Source: a virus
Lineage: Duplodnaviria > Caudoviricetes
Strand: one strand, 5' to 3'
Length of the DNA stretch: 63,106 nt
IMG/VR virus record: IMGVR_UViG_3300024520_000071
Location: 1 to 63,106 of that record
The notes under the pieces were generated by a model, which worked only from the letters and a program-made list of their open reading frames with translations, was not told the origin of the DNA and ran no database searches. Below are positions 38,301-47,344 of the stretch, piece after piece (the first letter of the stretch is position 1; each line of letters opens with the position of its first letter). Both the position numbers and the translations under genes were made by a program.

Positions 38301-41300
38301 AACGATGCCCGGATTCATTAAGCAGATCGTGGCGGCTGTGAGGCAGTTTCTCGCAGATCATGGGTTCACGGTCAAGATGAGCGATCAGGACGTCCTGGCC
38401 CTTATTGTCGCAGCTGACAAAAGTTTGCAGGGACGGCGGAAGTTTTCGGATCAGGTCCAGCGCGGATTGCGGTTTGCCATGGACAACGAGCCGCTGTGGT
38501 TCAGCCAGATGCGCCGGCAGATCGAGGACCATCTCCCGGACAGTGCCACGAACGCGAATAATGCGAAGCGGATCAAGCGATGGATCGGCTCCGGGCTCAT
38601 TACCTCAGAAGAGGTGGAATGGAGCGGGATCCTTGACGAGCTTCAAAGGCGCGGCCAGGACAAGATGTCGAAGGAAGAGGTTCTGCAATACCTTGCCGAC
38701 AATGAGGTCGTTGTTACAGAGAATGTGCTGGGATCCGTGCCCCCAAAGGAATGGCGTGAGGCTGGTGCAGCGTATGCCGAAGCAAATCTCAGAAGAGACA
38801 ATGCCGAACGTGTTCTCCGGGCTCGCAAGATCGAACACGTCAAAGCCGACATCGACTACCTCGACGAGTTGAACGATTTACCGAATCGAAAAAACAGCAT
38901 TGCCAACTATAAAAAGGCATTAGACAAAGCCGAAAAGCTGATGGAAGAGGCCAAGCTCGAAGCAGAAAAAACCACCAAGGAAGCAAATAGGCTATCGAAG
39001 GAATTCTCAAAGGTGCAGCAGGCGAATCCGGCGACGGGATGGGAAGCGCGTCATGACCGCTGGACGCAGCGCGGAGGCGTGGGGTATCAAGAACTGCTTT
39101 TGTTCTACACGCCGAAAGGAAAGCCTGGGGAAGTAGAGAAAGCGCCAAAGGAATACAAAGACGCTCTTTTCTATTATGATGCCCTTGTGGATGATGTTCG
39201 CGATCTGACTTCCTGGGATCAGCACGATCTCGATCTACTCAACAAATGGGATCACGACGAAACCGTGCTGTCGGAAATGGAGAAGGATCACGTTCGGGAC
39301 ATGCTTGAACAGTCACAGATGGACATGGTGACACGAAGCCGTATGGTTTTTCTGGGACAGGGAATATATAGAGCAGCAAAGGGCAATCGATTCTTCATCG
39401 GCACCAGTCATAGAAAATACCGTAACATCGAAGACCGTTTTTTTGTTTACCAAGAAGAGCAGCAGGCACTCGAAGGTGATCATGACGCCGCGCTATTCCA
39501 GACGAACTCGTTCGAAGAGGCACTGAGCGTGGCGACGGGTAGTACGCAAGGAAACGTGTTTTCGTCCGATCACTTCCCGGACACTAACAACTTCTTTGCG
39601 CACGTTCGCTTCAAGACGCGATTCGATGCAGACGGCAATAAGGTTTTGTTCATCGAAGAATACCAGTCGGACTGGAATACGAGAGCGCGCAAAATTCGCC
39701 AGGACCGTATCGCGCAACTGATTAACCAAAACTACACGAAGGCCCAAGCAGAAAGTCTTATTCCTGAGACTTTTGGTTATGGTGACACGCCGGGCATGAT
39801 CTGGACAAGGGTATCCGGAGATGAAATGACCTCAGAGTCTACTCGGGGGGATGGTCGCAAATGGCGATGGACTATCGTCCGAAAGGCCGATAACCATTTT
39901 GATCTAATCAATCCCGCCAATATTCCAGAAAAGTTTTCATCTCTGGCCGATGCCAAACGTCATGCCGAAGCTATCAATTCGGAAATGGTAGAAAGCGTTC
40001 CTGATCTTCCGTTCAAGCAGTCTGCCTTAAAGATGGGCATGCGCCGGATGATTCGCCATGCCGCTGAAAACGGATATGACAAGATCGCCTGGACTCCGGC
40101 AGAGATGCAACTCCGTCTTTATGATACCGGCTTTAATGGCAGAGTCGAATGGACGGTCAACCGAAAAAACATAGATATTGTACTAAGTAATCCCAAAACT
40201 GACCGATCTACGGATTTGATCATCAGCCATAAGGGGGAAGTGGTATCTGGCGATCAACTGAACTTGAACATCAATCGCCAAAAGGATATCTCTGACTTCC
40301 TGCCGCCTGGAATCGTTGACGAAATTCTCGGTTCTCCAAGCGGTCATCGGCAAATGATCGATGATGTTTCCATTGGCGACCAGAAGGCCCCGTTGATCTA
40401 TGACAAGAATATGGTCCGGGATACCGCGAGGTACGTGAAGCAATGGGGCGCGACTGTCGAGAAATCGCCGATCATATTCAACAAAACCAACGCCAGGGTC
40501 CGGATGCTGAACGGAACCCCAACGGTCCTCGACAACCAACCTCCTACCGAGGACAATACCGATTCTGACGATCGCGTAGAATTTCCTACCATTGCAGCGG
40601 CCGAAGCCGAAGTCGAACGCCGTAACCGCCAGCATGCCATGGAGCGTAGTGAATCTTTAGGGCAGGATGTCCACTCTGTCACGATCACGCCGGAGATGCG
40701 GCAAGCTGCCCGACGCGCGGCGCCGATGTTCAGTCGGCCGGCAAAGAATCCGACGACGGACGAGCAGACCCGATTCTCCATGCACAACGCCATGGACGAG
40801 GCAATCGCGCCCGAGTTGGAAGATTCCGGGCACAAGCAAGGCAAGACCGACAAGCTCCGCGGCGCGCGACCGTGGTTCCTGGGCGGTTTCTCTCTTGATC
40901 AAATCCTGGAAGTCTGGGACGATCTCTTCGATAAAGGGCTTGCGCATCATGGCGTGACGTACGGCAAGTTCGATGCCTCGAAGGTCGAGCGGCAGACGAG
41001 GGGCGTGGACGTCGGTCAGCGGCTCTGGGACTATCATGACAGCCACACCGATACCGAGACGGGGCAATATGGTTCTTCTATGACCCGTCTGTTCTTGGAC
41101 GGCACGTTCTTCAAGCTCACGCCACATGGCCCGTTCGAAGAAGGTTTGAACATGGAAGAGACGAAGAGCATGTTGCGTCAGGCGAACCTTGAATATGATG
41201 CCATGGAGAAGATGTCTTCCTCTAAGGAGAAAGAGGAAGAACTGGCACTCGCCAAGAAAGCGATACAGGTCATGGAACGCGACATCCGGGAAGAGGACAC

Positions 41301-43884
41301 CCGCAAAGAGATGCATGATGAGTTGGTGCTGATCTATGCGGCCCTCGACGGCAAGTATGATCCAAAGACAAAGAAGGGATCTGGGCCATTAGGTTTGTAC
41401 CACGACACCCTGAATCATCTGGAAGAAAACTTTGAGGCAATGGAGAAGGCTCTGCATGATCGTGTCGATCGAATTCTCGATGCCATGGGAGTTGATCGCG
41501 AAAGTGACATGGAGAAAAGCCGGAAAGAATTGCATGACGAGATCCGCCTGAGATTCGACGAGGCCCGCGGCATAGGTATCTACTTTCCGTTATCTCGATT
41601 CGGTGATTACATCCTCATCGGAGAGCGGTTAGATGAATTCGGCGACCTGGATCGACGGGTCTCTGCTTACGACAGTGCGACCCGTGCGAATGCAGAGGAA
41701 AAGAAATGGATGGAAGAGGAAGGGTATGCCGTCGTCCAGAAGCACAAGAAGGAATACGATCCTGTAAATGACGGCGTCAGCACGGGATTCGTCCAGAATC
41801 TTTTCGACGCGCTTGATAAGCACGGGATTGAGGATGAGTCATTGCTCGACGAAATCAATCAGATGGCGATTCGGTCGTTGCCGGATCTGAGTACGCGCAA
41901 GCACTTCGGGCATCGCAAATTCATCTCCGGGTACACCCAGGACTTTGTCAGGGCCTTTTCTCACAGTTCTTTCCATGCTGCACATCACATCGCGCGCATT
42001 GAGTATGCGGACATTATCCGTGGCGAAATAAAAGAGATGCAGAAGGATACAGACGAGGTGGAAGACTATACCAAGAACACTGGCCAGACCGGCGAGGCCC
42101 GCACGAAGTCTGCGAAGATGCAGCAGGTCGTGAATGAGCTCCTGCTACGGCAGAAAGCGGCAATGAATCCACAAGGGCACCCGGCTGTCAACTTTCTGGG
42201 GTCAATGGGGTTCGCGTGGATGATCGGCCCGGGGATTGCCGGCACACTGATCAACGCCAGTCAGGTTGGCATGTTCACGATGCCGTGGCTCGGGAGCAAG
42301 TACGGATTCTGGTCCGCAAATAAGGAGCTTCTGGACGCATACAAGTTGTTGCATGGCGAGCGCAAGACTCATTTGACCGATGACGGCGAAATTGAGCCGA
42401 ATAAGCGCCAACTGGACAACTGGTTCGATCTCGAGCAGAGCGAGAAGCTGGTCAAGCATCAGAAAGAGATGCAGAAGAAGCATAAGGAATACAATTTCTC
42501 CGAGTGTTTACAGGAGCTCAAGAATGACGGCACCATCTCCGTCACCCAGACTCATGATCTGAGCGGGCTGGCCAATCTGGATTTCTCTGTCCAGTTCAAT
42601 AGCGCCGCCGCCCGGAAGTTGTTCCAGGCTATGCGTATGGTCGCGTACCCGTTTCATACCGCCGAGGTCATCAATAGGCAGGTCACAGCCAAGGCAGCAT
42701 ACGATCTGGCGATCAAGGGCGTCAAAGGCGTCAAGGGCCGCAAGGGGCATCCGGCGATGAGTCACAAGAAGGCCGTGGCGTTTGCCAGGACCGCGATTAA
42801 CAGCACTCACTTCAACTATCGCTCGACCAACCGCGCCCGGTACATGCAGGGCAACGTCGGCCGGATCGTGTTCATGTTCCGCCAGTACGCGCTGAACGTC
42901 ATGTTCCTGCAAGGTCGCGCGATCCGGAACATCTTCGTCGGGTTCAGGAAGAACAAGAAAGGTGTCGTCGACAAGAATTCTGAGGAATATCAGGCGGCTG
43001 TGGAAGCTACGAAGATGCTCAGTGCCATCTACGGGCTCCATTTCGCCGTTGCCGGTGCGGTGGGGCTCCCGATCTGGGGCGCGTCCGAAATGATGATCAA
43101 CGCCATCATGAACGGTTTCGGCGACGACGACGATCCGTACGACTTCAAGACGAACTTCCGCAACTTCATGGCCGATACCCTCGGGACCACGGCCGGCGAG
43201 TTCATTTCCCATGGCGCGATCCGGGGCCTTGGCGCCGACGTGTCCGCCAGGATGTCGATCGATGTGATGGATATGATGCTGCCGCGTACGCCCGACACCC
43301 AGAGCCAGGGTCGTCGCAAGTTCCAGGAGATGTTTACAGCTGTTGGTGGGCCCGTCGTCAGCATCGCCAGCAACCTTTATGCGGGCATGAGTCAGTGGAG
43401 TCAGGGAGACATCTATCGTGGCACCGAAACAATGATGCCGCGGTTTATACGTGACTTTATGCGTGGGGGACGTTACTTTGTGGAAGGCGTGACCACGCAT
43501 GAAGGCGAAGAGCTCATGGACATCAGTGCATGGGAAGCTGGGTTGCAGGCACTGGGGTTCACGCCCGGCGACGTCGCTGAGATGTATCAGGGGCGTCGAT
43601 CGATCAAGAAGAAGGAAACACTTTTGAACCGGAGGCGCCGGGAGCTCTTGAACAAGTACGACAAGGCCCGTCGAGCCGGAGCACGGAAGCGTCTCAGGAG
43701 TTTGAGGTCTGAGATCCGCAAGTTCAATGCGATCAATCCCGAGTTCGAGATCCGCAAGGAACACCTGCAAGCCTCGAAGAAATCCAAACAACGTGCCCGC
43801 CGACAGACGAAGAGGGGCACTTACCTACAAACAGAACGTAAAGACCTGAGAAGGGTCGGACGTTTCGCAAACATAGGAAACTGA
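32305..43884 (+). CDS. Giant polyvalent/DNA-ejection protein with PLxRFG domain and zincin-like peptidase
   Basis: 3859 aa; LFHEQVGHVG..EEFIA (HExxGH), LFIEEYQSDW, YFPLSRFGDY, C-terminal F.Y...NR.RYMQG..MFRQY. Confidence 0.85.
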   Translation: MPAPRPKVVLNAYGQSTRGIPGGVAGTTQGYQPRVSIPNYQAPDRPGAFGEGVGVGMQGLKEMGGAAIAVGGKQLGSPGMMRYGIGIMDRASAAQQDVLTRAQTYEDIDGFGTFVEWMQFNMGRAAPSVAEVAVSSMIGAAMGGGVGAIPGAFGSGAARKALLKMAKGEILDRAEMRLAQQAINAAGRAQIKKAMVSGGDDLTAITAAVGTGPTEAMQLLKATAIGQGVRGGAHGGGMAAGYELGVGEIGSSLYQATGEIHAGPALVGGIPHAYLEYLPYATLAKSIGKTVRRQAQKDINTIVAERAAAGATPWNPNTAMAKAAAAGVAKSTLIEPITEELQTEVELLVRAGVDPTFDFGGDEAFSQRMHAFIDSIPGGLFFGAPGGVAGGVRGRKEAQGMNVELQKWIDKYGTALDDDLDNPAGGGTGGTPAGTKNILDPTDSAGLPVTPNPAPPNPAPPTPPAAPAPQGPAAAPQEPAPMPQGPIVPPPPDPPAAMDPFYAMFEAHEDAYVTINGKDSAILIAAELEEIRFNSPEEVKAYAIDLSRQQLFQNIQAKIDAGMNLSASDPSVDDFKAMQDALEGAGLPRSAKIDEEIESLNAHIAAEAVPGYVEPTTPGAPAGVASEPSVGTAGDPVSTSQSPQATSGTLSEVEKPKTPTQTEVQDASEEPADQNLDDNRGRDRTPKGGNRVESPKDKLRGRTGRRRKRQVGKTAVGSGLQVDGKSVDPAAKGDPVQPSLSEMPPDLPAAKATVPDQFTTELGSTYEIHANNTTTRNKAKRKGHPNDSGLKDRSDQTYYVKSDDAWRLALPEGNFRIVDHGDDTISLATPDKNTAKWGIAKSNKNIPVSKEPSEGTHPVEVWFKTKTEGSTAYRKAHIGNKITKVQSSKMTEQELFAEQEQEQEQEAKEVAPEAKEDPPAKKPAEKKKQPLATKSPVTPKKKPAKKDNSKPTWIKPREGKPASDAAKQRALSLGIRAKKQPGEKGRWEWLNLKISRFTEVFVKFLNAVVGIDFVRVRSDIDISHAQLERDRNSLYLEGKDFDTALRTGEATKSQADDLLYSIGEFSIHVNERMKRIDVQHHMSTSSVDKEKLSKAHKELSELASALDAYSEDLIDYAEVNLTDKPRKQPKAPVEKKVPFKPKENYAGPPRVSFLVTWMTENKIQLKPRETTSWNKVKTKGVALDNSTLFGEDREDEIQRALDLIKEVDAFVESLNKKKSHPDFSVKLSTFSAELVDYYSDSPKKAKVAPEPTIRPLVEPSKKMATHIANFQADVEADMRASLEKGRTVKVPPALSVKYDPFRQVEARVDPDTQGIELFTTSKKHPDDKSPGLVPGKAGEKRGPDFDDIDGLIRGLTEADQRSPAEIAADSAEIIEASKAARKHTIYRKLKQAFTAVPKYEKKKDSSERIGIARANDAARHFDDKYKKDDRRKNYRIIGEKGSDQVFLINKFDDVIQEFDSIDAFIKKWEEKDKEEKAKDSGTRFSMHRDPDLSDERAPSRAENPDYSPYSGNKQSGIERLNRLSKDDREALYSRIKTHLTDFFESWDGVYDIVRYLRERSVDPTVDTGQAYYKKDYVRTDGTIGIGTDNLPSAGRAPYGWGKVQAFEKYFEDHYHDDRPNDALDTDAQIEKAMDVMVEYVAVRILHREGILSSKESGNQLAMATYSLFEKALKDNVTGIRPDLRMLIFFNGDLDYQGEKFKSYSAEQMAKKLAERRSNAEALYKDLRTEYESMMKVLGESADPDSYIGTRFSQHRDAKLAEADELDSLDETIDDELYSLPVEMMKRIFELKDAITQAYADGTHETKEVEDQDAELDHLYNEAEAILDAAHEDMGAIETDNDRYKAPEIPEGASSVASLEAALSKVLAAKGWTETTRPHIVQSVVELPFDAPANIPGVYHNGEVWLIADNIATGREQHAFLEALFHEQVGHVGVRRILGDRLNDTLDRVWESYSDSEAMLKNIDVYFPDGDFDSNNPEHTRLAAEEFIALRAQQVLLDGTTMPGFIKQIVAAVRQFLADHGFTVKMSDQDVLALIVAADKSLQGRRKFSDQVQRGLRFAMDNEPLWFSQMRRQIEDHLPDSATNANNAKRIKRWIGSGLITSEEVEWSGILDELQRRGQDKMSKEEVLQYLADNEVVVTENVLGSVPPKEWREAGAAYAEANLRRDNAERVLRARKIEHVKADIDYLDELNDLPNRKNSIANYKKALDKAEKLMEEAKLEAEKTTKEANRLSKEFSKVQQANPATGWEARHDRWTQRGGVGYQELLLFYTPKGKPGEVEKAPKEYKDALFYYDALVDDVRDLTSWDQHDLDLLNKWDHDETVLSEMEKDHVRDMLEQSQMDMVTRSRMVFLGQGIYRAAKGNRFFIGTSHRKYRNIEDRFFVYQEEQQALEGDHDAALFQTNSFEEALSVATGSTQGNVFSSDHFPDTNNFFAHVRFKTRFDADGNKVLFIEEYQSDWNTRARKIRQDRIAQLINQNYTKAQAESLIPETFGYGDTPGMIWTRVSGDEMTSESTRGDGRKWRWTIVRKADNHFDLINPANIPEKFSSLADAKRHAEAINSEMVESVPDLPFKQSALKMGMRRMIRHAAENGYDKIAWTPAEMQLRLYDTGFNGRVEWTVNRKNIDIVLSNPKTDRSTDLIISHKGEVVSGDQLNLNINRQKDISDFLPPGIVDEILGSPSGHRQMIDDVSIGDQKAPLIYDKNMVRDTARYVKQWGATVEKSPIIFNKTNARVRMLNGTPTVLDNQPPTEDNTDSDDRVEFPTIAAAEAEVERRNRQHAMERSESLGQDVHSVTITPEMRQAARRAAPMFSRPAKNPTTDEQTRFSMHNAMDEAIAPELEDSGHKQGKTDKLRGARPWFLGGFSLDQILEVWDDLFDKGLAHHGVTYGKFDASKVERQTRGVDVGQRLWDYHDSHTDTETGQYGSSMTRLFLDGTFFKLTPHGPFEEGLNMEETKSMLRQANLEYDAMEKMSSSKEKEEELALAKKAIQVMERDIREEDTRKEMHDELVLIYAALDGKYDPKTKKGSGPLGLYHDTLNHLEENFEAMEKALHDRVDRILDAMGVDRESDMEKSRKELHDEIRLRFDEARGIGIYFPLSRFGDYILIGERLDEFGDLDRRVSAYDSATRANAEEKKWMEEEGYAVVQKHKKEYDPVNDGVSTGFVQNLFDALDKHGIEDESLLDEINQMAIRSLPDLSTRKHFGHRKFISGYTQDFVRAFSHSSFHAAHHIARIEYADIIRGEIKEMQKDTDEVEDYTKNTGQTGEARTKSAKMQQVVNELLLRQKAAMNPQGHPAVNFLGSMGFAWMIGPGIAGTLINASQVGMFTMPWLGSKYGFWSANKELLDAYKLLHGERKTHLTDDGEIEPNKRQLDNWFDLEQSEKLVKHQKEMQKKHKEYNFSECLQELKNDGTISVTQTHDLSGLANLDFSVQFNSAAARKLFQAMRMVAYPFHTAEVINRQVTAKAAYDLAIKGVKGVKGRKGHPAMSHKKAVAFARTAINSTHFNYRSTNRARYMQGNVGRIVFMFRQYALNVMFLQGRAIRNIFVGFRKNKKGVVDKNSEEYQAAVEATKMLSAIYGLHFAVAGAVGLPIWGASEMMINAIMNGFGDDDDPYDFKTNFRNFMADTLGTTAGEFISHGAIRGLGADVSARMSIDVMDMMLPRTPDTQSQGRRKFQEMFTAVGGPVVSIASNLYAGMSQWSQGDIYRGTETMMPRFIRDFMRGGRYFVEGVTTHEGEELMDISAWEAGLQALGFTPGDVAEMYQGRRSIKKKETLLNRRRRELLNKYDKARRAGARKRLRSLRSEIRKFNAINPEFEIRKEHLQASKKSKQRARRQTKRGTYLQTERKDLRRVGRFANIGN

Positions 43885-43886
43885 CA

Positions 43887-44177
43887 ATGGCAGTCGAAAC
43901 TGGAACAACTGTAATCACTCCGTTTACGGGGTCAACGGCGTTCACGTCGCGCGGTACGATTCCCAAGGGCACGAATTCCTGGGGCCTTCACAGCGCGGCA
44001 CCCGGCGGCGTCTGGTACTGGTTGGTGACGACCGGCCCGGCGCCAACCGCCGTAACCGAAATGGTCCCGATGGCCGCGACCGATCTCCACTACGTCCGTG
44101 ACGGGGACACGATCCCGATCGGCGAAGTCTACCTCCACGATGCCGGCGCTGGCGCGTGGGTCATCGAAAAACAGTAA
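43887..44177 (+). CDS. Hypothetical late protein
   Basis: Packed ORF. Confidence 0.6.
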   Translation: MAVETGTTVITPFTGSTAFTSRGTIPKGTNSWGLHSAAPGGVWYWLVTTGPAPTAVTEMVPMAATDLHYVRDGDTIPIGEVYLHDAGAGAWVIEKQ

Positions 44178-44187
44178 GGAGACGATT

Positions 44188-44601
44188 ATGCCTACGACAA
44201 TAGGGAGTGCAGGTGGTGGTGGTGGCGGTGGTGGGGCAGCGACAGGCGGCGCAGGCTCGCTCGCGGTCCTAACCGGCGCTGACCTCACAAGCGGCACGGA
44301 CGAGAACATCGGCGATGTCGTTGGCACAGGCAAGGTGTGGATCTGCACCGGTTTCATGGCGCGGATCGTGTCACGGACGGGCGGTACGGCACTCTCGAGT
44401 CTCGGCTTGAAGGGTGACGCTGTGACGATCATGGATAGTTACGCTGACCTCGACCTCGACACAGTAGGCGAAGTCGTGCAGTTCAAGAAGTCGATAGTGA
44501 TCGCGGCGGGCGTACAAGTGAAGCTACTCAAAGGTGTTGCCTCTGATGCGTCACCACACACGGCAAACATTACACTCATGGGGTATGAAGAAGATGCGTA
44601 A
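44188..44601 (+). CDS. Putative virion protein with poly-Gly linker
   Basis: AAGGAG RBS; GGGGGGGG; NITLMGYEE C-terminus. Confidence 0.6.
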   Translation: MPTTIGSAGGGGGGGGAATGGAGSLAVLTGADLTSGTDENIGDVVGTGKVWICTGFMARIVSRTGGTALSSLGLKGDAVTIMDSYADLDLDTVGEVVQFKKSIVIAAGVQVKLLKGVASDASPHTANITLMGYEEDA

Positions 44602-46825
44602 ACTACTGATCTTAATTCTGGTGGCGGCAGGCGCGTGGGCAAATGAACCGTTCCATGACGACATTGCGACCAATGACGTCACGGCGATCGGCACTGAACT
44701 GACGTTCAATGAAGCTGGTGCGGCTGTTGACCTGCGCATTGAAACTGACGACGAAGGCAACCTTGTGTTCATCGACGGCAGCGAGGATGACTTCCTGCTG
44801 GGCGGGACTACGGCAGCGGCGGCGGCAGTCTCAATCTCGTTTAACACAACCGCACTCGATAATATCGTATTCAACGAGCAAGCGGCAGACGCGGATTTTC
44901 GTGTCGAAACCACTGGTGAAGCGGCGGCGTTCTGGGTTGATGGCTCGACTGATCGAGTCGGCATCGGCGGCGTTGTGAGCGCAGGCAATATTATTTTCTA
45001 TGCTGCCACCGGCCAGGGCACATTTGGGGGTCCAGTATCAGTCAACACGCTCGGCACTGCGTCAGGAGACTTCCGCGCCGCGGGGGACACTGAATCGTCG
45101 GCACTCTGGGTGGATGCAAGCGCAGATCAAGTGGGCATCGGCGGCACTGTTGGCTCTGGCGACATTGAGTTCTTCCCCGCCACGGGCGCTGCGGTGTTTA
45201 ACGAAAAGGGCAATGACGCCGACTTTCGTGTCGAAGGCGATACAGATGCAAACTTGTTCTATGTGGACGCGGGGAACGAAGAAGTATTGATCGGCGGAAG
45301 CACTTCGGCGGGTGCGGGCATAGCGTTTGGCAATGAAGGCGGCGCGATATTCAATGTCCAGGGCAACTCGACCTTCTTTCAGATAAAGGGGGGCTCAAAC
45401 GATAACACGCTTTATGTAACCGGAAGTTCTAACGCGGTTTCTTTCGGAACAGCCACGCCCTTCTCAGGCGGTTCAACGATTGCTGCCACCGGAAGGGCCG
45501 AATTTAACGGTGCGGCAAGCGCACAAGCCGACGCCTTCGTTGTAGATGGTAGTGTAACCGAAGCCATCCGCGTGGACAGCGTGGCCGAAGCGTTTATCGT
45601 GAATGAGGCCAGCGGCGACATTGACTTCCGCGTCGAGTCGGATAACTCTGCCGGTATGCTGGTTGTTGATTCCGCACTTGACGGGGTGTACATCGGAGAC
45701 GTTGCTGCGGGTGCGCCGGACTTCACATTCCTCGCCACAGGTTCGGCTTCGTTCAATCAACAGACCAATGATGCCGACTTCACAGTGTCATCGGATACCG
45801 TTGCCAGTATGCTGGTTGTTGATGCTGGCGCTGACACGGTGTACATCGGCGGCGCAGGAGCGTCGGCAGAAATTACATTTAATTATCTTGGCGCTGCGGT
45901 ATTCAACGATCAGGGCGATGTCAATGGAGACTTCCGCGTTGAAGCCGACACCGAAACACAGGCTTTCCGCGTCGATGCGGGTGGTCATGGCGCGGTCATC
46001 ATAGGCGACGGTTCAGCGCTCGGCGATGTGACAGGATACCTGCATATACCGTCGTGGGCAGGGGCACCGACAACGGCACCAACAAACAAAAGTGGCACTA
46101 TCGCAATAGGCGTCGATCGCACGAACCGACACTTGTACATGGAGACGGATAACGGGTGGCGGAGCATACAGCGCACTAAGCCGCACTACTGGGGTAGGAT
46201 CGGGCCGAATACGTCCGCGCTATCAATGACGGGTGATGGGTTATTGCTTGCGAGTATTGCGACGGACGCATCCGCCAGCTACACGCACACTGCTGCTGGC
46301 ATGGGGTTTGCGCAGCTTACCGCAGCGAGTTCTGGCAGCGATGCAGGGATGTACACCCCTGCCGTAAATGCCATACAGGTAGGATCTCTTCCTCATCTTG
46401 TCACATTGATGGACATTGGCGACGTTGCTGATGTTCGGTGGTTCATTGGACTATGTGATGCAGGCAGTGTTAGTGTGGCTGTTGGAGCCGATGACCCTGC
46501 CACATATCAGTGCGCCTTTCAATTCTCGACCCCAAGAGCAGACACTAATTGGCAAATAGCCCTTGATGATAATGGCACGCAGACGTTGACCGACACTGGC
46601 TACGCTGCCGCAACAGGGGTTCATACATTTGAAATCGACTTCATTACCTCGACCTCGGCGATATTTCGCATTTACGATAGTAGTGGGGTGGAGCAATATG
46701 AGGCGACTATATCATCCGGTCTTCCTTCTACTGGCAATTCCATGAAGTACACGGGTGGCGTGGAGTCGCAAGCCGCCGCCGCTAAAACCTCAACAACCTA
46801 TTGCGTGGAGTTATACGGACCATGA
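44594..46825 (+). CDS. Tail-fibre-like repeat protein with N-terminal signal-peptide-like sequence
   Basis: About 9 repeats FNE.G.D.DFRVE.D....L.VDA....V.IGG; starts MRKLLILILVAAGAWA. Confidence 0.75.
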   Translation: MRKLLILILVAAGAWANEPFHDDIATNDVTAIGTELTFNEAGAAVDLRIETDDEGNLVFIDGSEDDFLLGGTTAAAAAVSISFNTTALDNIVFNEQAADADFRVETTGEAAAFWVDGSTDRVGIGGVVSAGNIIFYAATGQGTFGGPVSVNTLGTASGDFRAAGDTESSALWVDASADQVGIGGTVGSGDIEFFPATGAAVFNEKGNDADFRVEGDTDANLFYVDAGNEEVLIGGSTSAGAGIAFGNEGGAIFNVQGNSTFFQIKGGSNDNTLYVTGSSNAVSFGTATPFSGGSTIAATGRAEFNGAASAQADAFVVDGSVTEAIRVDSVAEAFIVNEASGDIDFRVESDNSAGMLVVDSALDGVYIGDVAAGAPDFTFLATGSASFNQQTNDADFTVSSDTVASMLVVDAGADTVYIGGAGASAEITFNYLGAAVFNDQGDVNGDFRVEADTETQAFRVDAGGHGAVIIGDGSALGDVTGYLHIPSWAGAPTTAPTNKSGTIAIGVDRTNRHLYMETDNGWRSIQRTKPHYWGRIGPNTSALSMTGDGLLLASIATDASASYTHTAAGMGFAQLTAASSGSDAGMYTPAVNAIQVGSLPHLVTLMDIGDVADVRWFIGLCDAGSVSVAVGADDPATYQCAFQFSTPRADTNWQIALDDNGTQTLTDTGYAAATGVHTFEIDFITSTSAIFRIYDSSGVEQYEATISSGLPSTGNSMKYTGGVESQAAAAKTSTTYCVELYGP

Positions 46826-47091
46826 AGAGACTCACACTTATAATCGCAACGCTGTTTACGTGCCTATCGTTGCAGGCAATGGAAGTGCAGTTCGACGGAC
46901 TCACAGATCTTGACACTGAGTACTCGCCGATCAAGGCTCAGTTTGTGAACCTCAACAAGTACTGCCAAAGCACTCGCTCATCCACGTCTGTAACGGTCGT
47001 GTGTTCGGCAGACCTTACAGCACAGGAAGAGGCAGACATCGTTGCTTGGGGCGAATCCCTCGGCTACACCATAACCGTCACACAGGAGTAG
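46822..47091 (+). CDS. Small exported protein
   Basis: MKRLTLIIATLFTCLSLQA signal-peptide-like. Confidence 0.65.
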   Translation: MKRLTLIIATLFTCLSLQAMEVQFDGLTDLDTEYSPIKAQFVNLNKYCQSTRSSTSVTVVCSADLTAQEEADIVAWGESLGYTITVTQE

Positions 47092-47093
47092 TC

Positions 47094-47324
47094 ATGCGTT
47101 ACTCATTCTTTCTGGTACTGGTCGTCGCAATCTCGATGCTGTGCGGGTGCAATAGCCTCGATGCTCTTAACGTGTCGCTGATCCACACGGAGCGCGGAAA
47201 ATTGACGATCATCCAAAGCGGCGAGATGCATGAGATCAAGCAACCCACGAACGCCACAGAAGCTGGCAAGAACTTATCGGACATGCTCAAGGGTGATCCG
47301 GAGATCGATGTCGGCGGGCTGTGA
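47094..47324 (+). CDS. Small lipoprotein
   Basis: MRYSFFLVLVVAISMLCG-C lipobox-like. Confidence 0.65.
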   Translation: MRYSFFLVLVVAISMLCGCNSLDALNVSLIHTERGKLTIIQSGEMHEIKQPTNATEAGKNLSDMLKGDPEIDVGGL

Positions 47325-47344
47325 TGCCTGATCGGCAATATGGT

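Noticed and set aside
13892-47324. Long antisense ORFs (e.g. 42508-43791, 37537-38532, 32686-33828)
   Set aside because: Shadow frames of GC-rich genes with clear sense-strand functions
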